Assembly (NCBI GenBank): GCA_050084515.1
Contig: CM114271.1
Coordinates: forward strand, 41,416,001 to 41,480,000
DNA length: 64,000 nt
From: Blasia pusilla
Lineage: Eukaryota
Direction of reading: 5' to 3'
Shown: piece by piece, positions 47,355 through 60,000 of the stretch
Numbering within the stretch: position 1 is the first letter of the stretch
Layout of the letters: the number at the start of each line of letters is the position of its first letter
Notes under the pieces: model-generated
What the model was told of the DNA's origin: nothing
Databases searched by the model: none
What the model saw: only the letters and a program-made list of their open reading frames with translations
Made by a program: the position numbers and the translations under genes

Positions 47355-50300
47355 TGTCACGTCTTTTAGGATAGATCGGTGAGATCTAGTAGAGCGCCTT
47401 CGTGAGTAGTGGAATACAAGCTCAGTAGGTTGAGGATGACCTGCTGAGGCCCGAGAAACCTGAGATAGCAGGTTTCCCCTTCGTTTCGGCTCATTTAGAG
47501 CCATATTGAGGAATAGGTAAGTATCATTTTGAATAGATCATCGACTTTCTATTTTTGGTAAGTGGTCCTTGACCTCCTACATCATGTCAAGAGCCAAGGA
47601 GGTGACTTGGGAGAATAGGTTACCATGGAGAGAGCTTGGGAGAGGGAAGAGGTATACCTCATGGAGAGAGAGCTTGATAGCTCATTCTCAAGCTCTTGGC
47701 ATGAGGCGGCGGAGCTATGGTCCCTTGCCTTGTGAGTGTAACTCAAGCCTCTCATTAGGAGAGTGGGTTTGGTTTGACATGAGAGAGAGTGCACACCTTT
47801 GAGAGCTATGGTGTGAGATCTGAGGAGCACCATGTAGCTTGCTGATTTGTATTTTTATAGGTTTTTACATTTTTGTTGGGAGAAATCAGCGCGGAACCGC
47901 TGCCAAATTTTGTGTAGGAGAAAGAGACATTGGGCCTCAACAGAAATTTTACAACATTCCATGTCAGTTTTTACTCAAATCTCCAATTTTAAATATTTTT
48001 TCACGTCATTGTAGATCGTGAAGCTGTGCACGTTGTGCAACAAACGGTGCCAATTTAGAGTTGCGAGTAAAAAGTTATGGTTAATCTTGAAAAACTACCA
48101 TTGCTAGGCGATTTTTAGGCGCCCGAGTGAGAGTTTGCGTGAGGCTTACACTTGCTTGCGCCGGTTGATCAACGTCACTCAGGGGGTGAAAAAGGCTCAG
48201 GGTATCCAGTCATAGTACGCGATGTTGGACCGGACCCTGCAGACACAAGTCCGGGAGGGGGTGCTTCTTATGAACACCTCCCCTACATTGAGAGATGTTT
48301 TTAGGACCGCCGAGAACATTGAGCGCAACATGGTGGAGGAGAGCATAGCCACCATGGATTCTGGGCGAGAGCAATCACGATTGTCTGCACCACCTATGCA
48401 GCAATGTGGACTCCGAGATAGGTCGACTGTGGCACCACGAGCTCAGGGAGGATATTGGGGGGCCGTGCCACAGACACTTGCGCCTTCATATGCAGCTCAG
48501 CAACAGCCGCCTACTATTACTTGTTGGTCATGTGGTGGAGCCCATCATCAACGCGATTGCACTCGTCAAGGTCATGGACGTGTGCCTCAGCATGGAGGAG
48601 GAGATGGTGCTGCACCAGGAGGTTATCAATGTGACTATTGTCAATGGTATGGTCATACACGTGCCAAGTGTTTCATTTTACATCCTGAGTTACGTCCGGA
48701 CCGAGGGCCAGAGAGGGCACTAGAGCATGTAGCCGGTCCGGGTGGGCTCGAGATCATGCACAACCCGTGGTGCACGATCTCGAGCCCACCGGACCGGCTC
48801 CTTGTCCCCCAACAGGACCCACCCGGTGTCCTGTTGGGGGACAAGGAGCTGGAGTTGCCCGAGAGGGTGGTGGAGCTACCCATGGAGGAAGTAGAGTCCC
48901 ACCACCTAGACGCGTGGAGGGAGATGCCAGGCGTGAGGCTAGGATGGCTACTCAGATACATCAGTTACAGGAGCAGATTACCGCTATGCCGAATCCGTGG
49001 CATCCACATCATATGGAGCAGCCAGAGATATGGAGGATCTTGGTTGGATATGCGGGGTTGCCCAGATGGAGGCAGCCACAGTTGTGACGTGTGGAGCAGC
49101 CGTAGAGTTGGATCCACAGCGAGGGGAAGCTAGGGAACAGACTAGGCTTCCTCAATCTTTCACACTGTTCGAGGCGATGAGGACCCCATCGATGGGTCCT
49201 GATTAGAGTTCCTGGAGAGTTGGTGATGTTTTTGGTGTGCAGGCACGAAGGGCGATGGGAGAAGCGAGTGCGACGACTCCTATTGCTGATGCTCAGGACG
49301 AGCATGTGTCAAGCACGTTGTTGGGGGCGGCCACCGTTATGTAACGCGCTCCTTTATTTTTTGCTTCCGATGTTATGACGTTGGGAGGTACGCCCGCCGA
49401 GGCTTTTCGGCTGGCCGCTACGCTATGTGAGGGTGGAGTTGGAGTTCCTGCATCACGTTCAGAGGTGATTGCAGAGGAGGTGATGGACCTGCCCTTGGAG
49501 CGGATGCTCGGACAGTCCACGTCAGATTCATGGCAGGCTGCAGCTGCTAGGATGGCAAAGATGCCCGCTAGACCCGCGATAGAGCTGCAATGGCTTCTCC
49601 TGGTGTTGTGTTGCTAGATAACCAAGGAGAAGTCTTTTAGTTGGTGAGTCATCGAGGTAGACCTTTTAGTCCGCAACGCGTCTTGTTGGATTGAGGAGCG
49701 CAACCCGTGATGTTGGGGAAAGCGTAATTCAGAGGATTGGGCTTGACAAGAGCCGATATGGAGCGTTGTCCATTCCAGATACAGACATCCTTGGGTGGAG
49801 CGAGTACCATACAGTATATCACCCGATAGGAGGTCCTAGTGAGGATTTGTACGGGACATCCTACAGATGAGTCCGTGGTGCGAGCCAAGGCGATAGTGAT
49901 TGATGCAGAGTCCTATGACGTCTTGGTTGGTGGAGCAGTGTTATATCCGATGGGGTTTTCCCTGGATTATTGGGAGGAGTCAGCGTCCTATAGACCAGGA
50001 TGGCAGTAAGGTGATGGGCGTCTTAGCTCATTACCTGTTTGATTCACAGGTGCAGTGATCGAGCGACGGCCAAGAGAGGTGGTGACCTTAGCAGCATTTA
50101 GCAGTGCCATCACTTGGCCTAGTGATTTGATTGAGGGACATGTCCATGCAGAGGATACTCCCGTTCCTGAAATTTCTATGGAGAGGAGTGTTATGGTAAC
50201 CGCATCATTTTGTGGAGGAGAGGTGCCGATGTGGGGTTCGACGAAGGAGCTTCGACGATTGGCAGATGAGCACGTGCAGGCCACGTGGAGCAAGGCGTTT

Positions 50301-50460
50301 GTACCAAAGCATGATGGGTCTGAGGAACCCGAGGTAGCAGGGAGTGCTACGATGACACTCTTGGATACCACACCCATTGTGTGGTGTACCCCGGAGGAGG
50401 ATATTTGAGTGTTAGATCTCTTTGGAAGGATTAGCGTCGGGTTAGCTGCTGTTTTGCAGG
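47355..50460 (+). mobile_element. Ty3/Gypsy copy 2 (LTR, gag, protease, start of DNMT domain), truncated at 50460
   Basis: LTR starts TGTCACG at 47355. Gag Zn knuckles CWSCGGAHHQRDC and CDYCQWYGHTRAKC; PR VLLD*GAQPVMLG (~49680). 49.9-50.4 kb is homologous to 20.3-20.83 kb. MTase motif I VLDLFGRISVGLAAVLQ at 50409-50459. Confidence 0.88.
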
Positions 50461-50469
50461 GAGGAGGTT

Positions 50470-53351
50470 GCTGTAGATTTGTCCTTGGCGGTGATGACCT
50501 TGGACACCAACTCCGCTCTCTCGAGGGCTTGCTCCTCCGCATCTCCTTCAGAAAATTCTTCAGGCTGCATAAAATTCGGGATGTCGTCCCTACCTGCGGC
50601 CACTGCATCATACCTGTCAAAGATTATTATCGTTGATGTCCTCGAGGTAGGTGAAGTCCAGCGAGATGGGGCAATTCTCAACTTCCCAGTCAGACATGCT
50701 TTGAGCCATCTCCATGTCGTAGATGGAAAATGTCTCTCCATGAGGCGGAGAAGCCCACAATTTGTAGGTTGCCGGTATTTTTCGCCACGTACTTGCATTC
50801 TTATAATGGACGAGGTACCTGAACATCATGCGTTGGGCAGCTCTTTGTCGTGATGCATCGGCCTGAAGATCTTGCTTTTTCTTTGCGAAATCCCTTTTCT
50901 TCGCCTCTATTTCTTCATCAAGGTCTACTTGAGGGAGGATGTGATCCTCGAACATCATCATGAAGCCTGGGTTGTTTATGGGCTAGTCCCGGATGTCATC
51001 CAGCCAAAGTTCGAAATCTTCAGCACTCTCCAGGTTTGCTTCCTCCGGAAGTGGTTCTATTTTTTTCATCTCTGCTTGGAGACCCATGAGCATGGACTTC
51101 TCGAGAAGCCGCAACGCGTCCCCGAATGACCATTCATGGAGCCAATGGGAGATCACTCGATCAGAGACACCCGGAGGATGGTGTGCCACCCTCTTTTGGG
51201 CCTCTCTGCCCTCGAGACTGATTTTCATCATTCGGATTCTCCTAAATTCCGAAATTCCAGACAAGGCAAATCGATGGACGCGGTCGAGAGACACTTTCTC
51301 CCCAATCCGACCCTGCGGATCTTCATCCCTCTTCCGCTGGCGTTTGATTATCGCCTTCAGCTCCTTGTGGAAATCGGGGCCAAGTTCGGGGTTGATAATG
51401 GTGATGTAGCGGTGCATCTTGCTTGCAGTGCAGTTCGTAGCTGCACATACTGCAGCTTGGATGAACCTAGCACGCTAAGACGCAGACACGTTCTCCCTCC
51501 GCTCTAGCTCCCATGAAGCGCTCTTCTTGGCGGCCTGTATCTTCGACCAGCAAAGGATTTTCACGGCTACATCTTGGGAAATAAATGTATGTGCCCAAGT
51601 CTTTTTTTTATTTGAGCCTCCTTCGCCAGCTTCTCATTTACAAGGGCGTCCCCAAGAACCCCTTGTATTCTGCCGGGTGCATCGTTAGCACTTTCTTCAC
51701 CCGATCGCAATCCTCGATCCAGTGGTGGGTGACATTCCCCTCGGATACAATCTTGCACATCCAAACACAATATAAGAATTTTTGCAAGCTACATGGGTTC
51801 CTGCAACCCGTCGGACTCCAACAGGTTGTCAGATAATTTGTATTCAGAGAGTGGTCTCCGCGGAAAAAGTGAACATATCAACCTGTCGGAGTCCGACAGG
51901 TTGCGCAATTTCAAGCAAATCTGCAATTTGACACCAAAAATCAAGCTCCCCTACAGGGATCACCTACCCATGCCGGTGATTGCAACCCGTCGGAGTCCGA
52001 TGAGTTGCTTTCGGCCAAAAATATCCTTAAAAAAATAGCCAATCGAGCAACTCGTCGGACTCTGACGAGTTGCTTTCGGCCAAAAACATCCTAAAAAAAA
52101 TGGCCAGTCAAGCAACTCGTCAGACTTCGACGAGTTGCTTTCGGCTAAAAACATCCTAAAAACAGTGGCCAGTCAAGCAACTCGTCGCACTTTGACGAGT
52201 TGCTTTAATGCATCCGATGTTTTGTTAGCACTCCTTAAACAACTTGTCGGAGTTTGATGGTTTGCAGCAATCAAAATACAGGAAGAGGAAACTTACGTGT
52301 TCATGGCACGCATGGCCATTTCCACCGTCGCCATGTGATGAGGGTATGGGTGTAGCACGAGTGCCTCCAATGAGTTTTGGCGCTCCTCTACAAACTGGGT
52401 CCATGCCATGAACCTGTGGTTTCCATCCCAGATTAAGAAATACAGGTTCCGCATCCACCTGAATTTCGTCCCCTCAATCGCTCTTCTGAATTGGTGATCT
52501 CTCATCCTCCAGAATGTGTCGAGCGGTTCCAAGTCCTCCTCCATCACCAACGCTTGGGTTCCATGTTCATCATTAGGCTGAACATAGAACGGAGGGAAGT
52601 TGTCGACGTAGGATGTTGTCCCTGCCGATTGTTTCAGCTTCACAATATCCTCGTCAGACGGAATTTCACGGACGTACTCCATTGTCCGCAATCGGCAAAG
52701 TGGAATTCTTGGGGCATTCTGGCCCTCCATCAGTGCCATCTGCTTTACCACCTGTCACAACGAGGACAAGGTCAATAAACTACATTGAATTGCCAATGAA
52801 TTGAAACATGGGCCTTCACATAACTCAAAGAACAAAGATCGTATCTTACCCGCTCAAAGATTGGGTCGGTGTCTTGGCCCGCCAACTTCTCTAGGACACC
52901 AGCTGGCAAGTCCACTAGAAACTCATCGATCCGATAGAGGTCAATTTCTTCCGCCGAGCTAAGAGACGAGGAAGACTACTCTCCTGCTTCTTCAGAGATG
53001 TCCACCATCTCCATGCTGGCGGTCCTCATGAATTGATCTTCTGTCACTTGAACTTCGGCCGTTTCCTCAGCCAATTTTATATTGATTGTGTCCCCGGAAT
53101 TCATCGGGGACATTTCCTACATCTCAACACTTTCGGTTGGACGGGCCGAGCTTTCTTCAATAGCAATCGATTTTTCCCTTCGAGCTTTTTCCAATTTTGC
53201 TCTCCTCACCGACGTGTCCAGACGCTTCTTTTCATGCTTCTCCTCGGCGATCCTTTTCTTCAAGGCTTACGACGCCTCAGCCTTTGCGTGGAGTTCTGGA
53301 CTTGGGAGTGAAGCTCCCAGCCTTGCTTGCTTGAGATTTTTTCCTCGTCAT
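50470..53351 (-). pseudogene. Left, 3'-truncated copy of a spliced ParB/Srx-domain gene
   Basis: ATG at 53351 (MTRKKSQASK) with TATA at 53567-53573. Exon 52751-~52295 encodes PRIPLCRL..VR..D..KLK.S....Y..IWDGNHRFMAW (DGNHR at 52427-52413). Reverse complement of 57029-60149. Confidence 0.8.
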
Positions 53352-54215
53352 TGTTCCCGAAAATGCCTCGTCCTCGACAACGAAATTACTTTCTGTGCAC
53401 GATGAGTCGCTCAGATGAGTCGCCTTGATGAGGCGCTCGAATCGTCTCGCGATGAGTCTCGAGATGAGTCGTCGTGTAAAGCGCCTCTTGGTATCTGGTC
53501 CGCTGCTATGCTGAAGAGCAATCGAGATGCTGAAACGAAAAATCAGAAATGAGCGAACCATAGCCTATTTATAATTTTTGGGCCGTTGGGCTGATCGTTG
53601 GGTCGCATCGTCGTTCCGACAGCAACCTGTCGGCTGTTATGGAGGTCGGGACGTGAAAACCACCAACTTGATGGTCTCCGACGGGTTAGAGACATCCGTC
53701 CTAGTCAAGCTATCCTGGCAATCCGTCGAAGTCCGACAGGTTGCGCGTCTCCGCCATCTTGGGGCAAGAACCCGAGGTACCCACGCAACCCGTTGGAGAC
53801 CGGCGGGTTGCACCCTTCTCTTGTCTTGGGATAACAAGGCGGGGTACCCGCGCAACCTGTCGGAGGCCGATGTATTGCACGCTTCCTTCATGTAAGCGTT
53901 ACAAGGCGTGGCACTTGCGCAACCCGTGGTAGGGAGGTGCGGTAAGAGGAGAGGAAGAGAGGAAGAGAGGAGAGAGGAAGAGGAGAGAGAGGAGAGAGGA
54001 AACTACCTTCAATCGAAAGAGATATATTTTTTTAAGAGAGTTTCTTGCGATTTGAAGAGAGTTTCCGTTGGGTTGAACAGAGGAAAATTTCGGTGTGAAT
54101 TTTTTTGCACTTTTTTGCTCAGTTCTTAAGCACTCCCACATTTTGTTTTTCCTCTTCCACATTTTGGCAACTCCTCTGAGTCCGACGAGTTGCAAATTGC
54201 ACAAAATTAAGAAAA

Positions 54216-55303
54216 CTAAAAAATCAGTGGAATCATAAGTGTGGAATCAATCACTTTTGCAAAGGTATATGTAATGCGAGCATGCTCTGAACTTCCTCCG
54301 TCTACGAGTCTTGTAAGATTTTCCACTTCGTCTTGAGTGCAATTCGTACCTGCGGCGATGGGCAAAATCATGGGGGTATTCCCCAGAGCTCCAATGGCAG
54401 CCAGATAAGACTTACGGAAAGTGCAAGATTCATTTGGGCATAAGAAGTACTTCAATTGATCCCCGATCAAAGGTTTTGAGTCCCCAAAACCCAAGCAGTG
54501 GTTGTCCAGTCCTTGTACAGTTCTTATTTAGGAAAGTGCCGCATGCTCTCCTAATGCCATCTAATCTTGCCCTGCAAGTGGGTCCATGTCTAGGGTTGCT
54601 CCAAGATATATGCTACCATTTCATGTTGCAATCCACCTCCATGACCGGAATCCCATATTGTTGAACCACCCCAGTGACCGGATGTTGCGAACTTCCAGCA
54701 ACGGAAGGCTTTTGAAATAAAACATTCACTGATTTTGGAGAAGTTACTCCATCACGGATTTGGGAGCAATCCGGGGTCCCCGAATACCTCGGCGGCATAA
54801 TTTCCTCATCCAAATCAATCACCGGATTCGTTCCTCGATGCTGCCTCTTCACCTTCCTGAAGTCAAGATACTTATCTGGTCTCCACGAGTCTTGCTCGGA
54901 CTGCTCTACCACCATCTGTATGGGACGTCTTGAAACGTGCCCACAAATATCCCCACCAATGTGTATGTCTTGCTCAAGGGGAGTTCCTGCTACGCACCGG
55001 TTGAAGGCTTCCACATAGAGTTTCTCATCACCCGATCTCATAGACATAGAGCTCGTAGATCGAAGGCCCCCTTCCTTTTGTTATGCCTTTTGTGAGGAAG
55101 ATATGGGATGCTGCAAACTGAAGCATTGCTCTTGCTTGGTCTTGTTGGCATGCCTCCACAAGTGAAATTCTTTGGCATGCTTGTGACGACCTCCAAGAGG
55201 AATGAACACTTTCGGCTCGACTTGTGTTGGGGCAGAGGGCATTTTCATGAATGTTCAATCCTTGCAACGACCCCAATGTGAGAAGGGAACGAAAATAGCT
55301 CAA
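54216..55303 (-). pseudogene. Decayed Cys/His-rich ORF fragment, possibly the C-terminal part of a DNA-transposon protein
   Basis: Frameshifted ORF pieces DQARAMLQ..GRGPSIYEL, W*HI...C.A....C, FLCPNESC. The coding-like character is clear; the family assignment is tentative. Confidence 0.4.
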
Positions 55304-57028
55304 AAGTCAAAGAAATAAGCTACCTGTCAGAACCAGACAAGTTGCAAGGCCGAGGCATCTCATGAACGACCTTGCGACCTATCGGTTCTTGATGTGTTGC
55401 AACACCCAAGAACCACCTAGTGCAACCCGTCGGATTTTGACGAAATGTGAAGTTGGAGTCAATGCCAGATCTACTGACCTAGGAGTTGCAAAGGTAGAGC
55501 TCGGTGCACTAGGAAATTCTTGACCGTTATTTGGGAAACTGAGGAATTCAAAGGCAAGCCGTAAACTCTGTATTAACCATTTGCTAGAGGTAGGAGATTT
55601 AATACTTTACGGTTTACAATCACTGAATGGATTGTCTCACCTATTATGTCCTCCATACCGTCCACCCTAAAATCCTTGGACACAAAGATGGTTCCAATTT
55701 GGAGAAGAAATCGAACTCAGAGAAAATTTTCATCCACTGGTATGAAAGACTCACGAGCTTGCGGCCGAACGATTTCTGATTAAGGAAGGGCCGCTAGATG
55801 ACTGCCACAAGTAAGCTTCACATAATTATCCCTTCCCAGAAGATTCCATTGGGAGGAGACTGAGAATAAGAATGAAGATAAGAATGGGAATGGGTATGAG
55901 AATGAGAATGAGAATGTTCAATTTATAGTGAATAGGGACTCAGATTCTCCTGACAGAATTTGACTGATAAGATGAAGTTTGGTAGGTGAGATTTTCTGAC
56001 ATGATGGATTCAATTATGTTGCAACTAGTCGGAGTCCGATGGGTTGCAGAATTTGGGAATCAGAGACGTGGATTGCGAAGCACCCAGTTTCTTTTTTTTG
56101 TTTCCGTGTCCCAATGCAATTTGGAAGCCGTCGGAGTCCGTGGAGTTGGTACTTGCTTCATGCCGACCAATGGTCTTTTGAGACGATTTTGCTAGCATCA
56201 AACACGAGACATCGCTTGCATTTGCTAAGGTAACTAATCGCTCGGGACTGTTACGGGATTTTCCAACTCATGGTAAACCTTGTGACCCGTCGGATTGCAA
56301 GAGGTTGCCTCGGAACTATCCGTTGTCGCATTTTTACCCGAGGGATAGAAAATAGTGCAACATGTCTGTTATCGACAGGTTTCCTAGGAACCTCGCCTAT
56401 TACCCCAAGATGAGGGAACCGTGCAACCCGTTGGCCTCCGACGGGTTGCGCAAGTGCCTCCCCTTGTAACGCTTACATGAAGGAAGCGTGCAACCCGTCG
56501 GCCGCCGACGAGTTGCGCGGGTACCCCGCCTTGTTATCTCAAGACGAGGGAAGGGTGCAACCCCCCGATCTCGACGGATTGCGCGGATACCGCGTGTTCT
56601 TGCCCCAAGACGGCGGAGGCTCGCAACCTGTCGGACTCCGAGGGGTTGTCAGGATAGCTCGGCTAGGATGGATGCCTCCAACCCGTCGGAGACCGTCAGG
56701 TTGGTGGTTTTCACGTCCAGACCTCCATAACAGCCGACACGTCGCCATCGGAATGACGGTGCGATCTAACGGTCAGCCCAACGGCTGGAAAAGTATAAAT
56801 AGGCTAGGGTTCGCTCATTTTCGGTTTTTCGTTTCGCGATCTCGATTGCTCTTAAGCGCAGTAGCGGACCAGATACCAAGGGGCGCTTTACACGACGACT
56901 CATTGCGAGACTCATCGCGAGACGATTCGAGCGACTCATCAAGGCGACCCATCCGAGCGACTCATCAAGGCGACTCATCGTGCACAGAAAGTAATTTTGT
57001 TGTCAAGGAGGTGGCATTTTCCAGAACA

Positions 57029-60000
57029 ATGACGAGGAAACAAACTCAAGCAAGCAAGGCTGGGAGCTTCACTCCCAAGTCCAGGACTCCTGCGTCACCA
57101 TCTCTAGGGCCTCGTTCAGCCAATAAGATGAGTCAGCAAGAGATCAAGGAGCGCAAAAGGGAAGCAAAGATGCACAGGCAAGAGCTTCTTGCAAAATGTG
57201 TTAAGGAGGCGCTTGAAAAACACAACGCAGAGGTTGAGGCGTCGCAGGACTTGAAGAAAAGGATCGGTGAGGAGAGCAGAATTGGCAAAAGCTCGAAGGG
57301 AAAAAGCGAGTGCCATTGAAGAAAGCCCGGCCTGTCCAACCGAAAGTGTTGAGATGCAGAAAATGTCTCCGATGAAGTCTGGGGACACAATCAATATAAA
57401 ATCGATTGAGGAAACGGGCGAAGTTCAAGTGACAGACGATGAGGTCATGAGGACCGCCAGCGTGGAGATGGTGGACATCTCTGAAGAAGCATGAGAGTGG
57501 TCTTCCTCATCTCTTAGCCCGACCGAAGAAATCGACCTCTATCGGATCGACAAGTTTCCAGTGGACTTGCTAGCTACTGTCCTAGAGCAGTTGGCGGGCC
57601 AAGACACCGACCCAATCTTTGAGAGGGTAAGATACGATCTTTGTTCTTTGAGTTATGTGAAGGCCCATGTTGCGATTCATTGGCAATTGAGTTTTAGTTT
57701 ATTGACCTTGTCCCCGTTGTGACAGGTGGTAAAGCAAGTGGCACTAATGAAGGGCCAGAACGCCCCGAGAATTCCACTTTGCCGATTGCAGAAAATGGAG
57801 TACGTCCGCAAAATTCAGTCTGATGAGGATACTGCGAAGCTAAAACAATCGGCAACGACAGCATCCTACGTCGACAACTTCCCTCCGTTCTATGTTCAGC
57901 CTTACGATGAACATGGAACGCAAGCGCTGGTGACGGAGGAGGACTTGGAAGCGCTCGACATATTCTAGAGGAATTAAGAAGGGCGATTGAGGGGATGGAA
58001 TTCAGATGGATGCGGTTCCTGTATTTCTTCATCTGGGATGGAAACCAGAGGTTCATGGCGTGGACCCAATTTGTAGAGGAGCGCCAAAACTCATTGGAGG
58101 CGCATTTCTCCGTGAAGGCAGTCGTGCTACATCCATACCCTCATCACATGGCGATGGTGGAGATGGCATGCATGCCATAAACACGTAAGTTTCCTCTTCC
58201 TTTATTTTGATTGCTGCAAACCGTCGGACTGCGACGAGTTGTTTAACTAGTGGTTACAAAACATCGGATGCCTTAAAGCAACTCGTGGAAGTCCGACAAG
58301 TTGCTTGACTGGCCGCTGTTTTTAGGATGTTTTTGGCCGAAAGCAAATCGTCTGAGTCCGACGAGTTGCTTGACTGGCCACTATTTTTAGGATGTTTTTG
58401 GCCGAAAGCAACTCGTTGGAGTTCCACGAGTTGCTCGAATGGCTGTTGTTTTAGGATGTTTTTGGCCGAAAGCAACTTGTCGGACTCTGACGGGTGGCAT
58501 TCGCCGGCACGGGAAGGTGATCGGAGTAGGGGAGCTTGATTTTTGGCGTCAAATTGCAGCTTTACTTGAAATTGCACAACCTGTCAGACTCCAACGGGTT
58601 GATATGTTCACTTTTCCCGCGGAGACCACTCTCTGAATATAAATTATCTGACAACCCGTCGGAGTCTGACGGGTTGTAACTAGGCAATCACAAATCTGAA
58701 TGCAATCTGTCGGACTCCGATGGGTTGCAATATTTAGCTCGTAGCTACCATTCCGACCATTAGGTGTGGCGACCTGTCGGAGTCGGACGGGTTGCAGGAA
58801 CCCATGTAGCTTGCAAAAATTCTTATATTATGGTTGGATGTGCAGGATTGTATCCGAGGGGAATGTCACCCACCACTGGATCGAGGATTTCGATCGGGTG
58901 AAGAAAGTGCCGACGAGGCACCCGGCAGAGTACAAGGGGTTCTTGGGCGACGCCCTTGTAAATGAGATGCTGGCAAAGGGGGCTCAAATAAAAAAAAAAA
59001 AGACTTTTATTTTCCAAGCTGCAGCCGTGACAATCCTTTGCTGGTCGAAGATACATGCCGCCATGAAGAGCGCTTCATTGGAGCTAGAGGGGAGAGAGAA
59101 CGTGTCTGTGTCTGAGCGTGCTAAGTTCATCCAAGCTGCAGTATCTGCAGCTATGAAGTAGATTGCAAGCAAGATCCAGCGCTACATTGCCATTCTCAAC
59201 CCCGAACAAGGAGCTGAAGGCGATAATCAAGCGCTAGCGGAAGAGGAATGAAGATCCACAGGGTCGGATTGGGGAGAAAGTGTCTCTCGACTGCGTCCAT
59301 CGATTTTTCTTATCTAGAATTTCGGAATTTAGGAGATTATTGAGACTGATTTTCATCAGTCTCTATGCCCTCGAGACTGATGAAAATCAGTCTCGAGGGC
59401 AGAGAGGCCCAAAAGAGGGCGGAACACCATCCTCCGGGTGTCTCTGATCCAGTGATCTCCCACTGGCTCCGTGAATGGTCATTCTGGGACGCATTGCGGC
59501 TTCTCAGGAAGTCCATGCTCGTGGGTCTCCAAGCAGAGCTAAAAAAAATTGAGCCAATTCGAGAGGAAGAAAACCTTGACAGTAGTGAAGATTTCAAACT
59601 TTGGCTGGTTGACATCCGGGACAAGCCCATAAAACACCCAGGCTTCAGGATGATTTTCAAGGATCACATCCTCCCTTAGGTAGACCTTGATGGAGAAATA
59701 GAGGCGAAGAAAAGGGATTTCGCAAAGAAAAAATGAGATCTTCAAGAGCAGGCGGTCGATGCATCTCGAGTAAGAGCTTCCTAACGCATGGTGTTCAGGT
59801 ACCTCGTCCATTGTAAGAATGCAGGTACGTGGCGAAAAATACCGACAACTTCCAAATTGTGGGCTTGTCCGCCTGATGGAGAGACATTTTGCATGTACGA
59901 CATGGAGATGGCTCAAAGCATGTCCGACTGGGAGGTGGAGAATTGCCCCATCTGGCCGGACTTCAACGACCCTGAGGACACAACGGAGAAAAATCTACGC

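Noticed and set aside
56477-57028. N-terminal 184 aa of the 280-aa ORF 56477-57319
   Set aside because: Translates the palindrome array and promoter upstream of the TATA/ATG; not open in the same way in the other arm.
58277-58495. Regularly spaced palindromic repeats resembling a CRISPR array
   Set aside because: The intervening sequences are near-identical rather than unique spacers, there are no cas genes, and the context is a eukaryotic intron.
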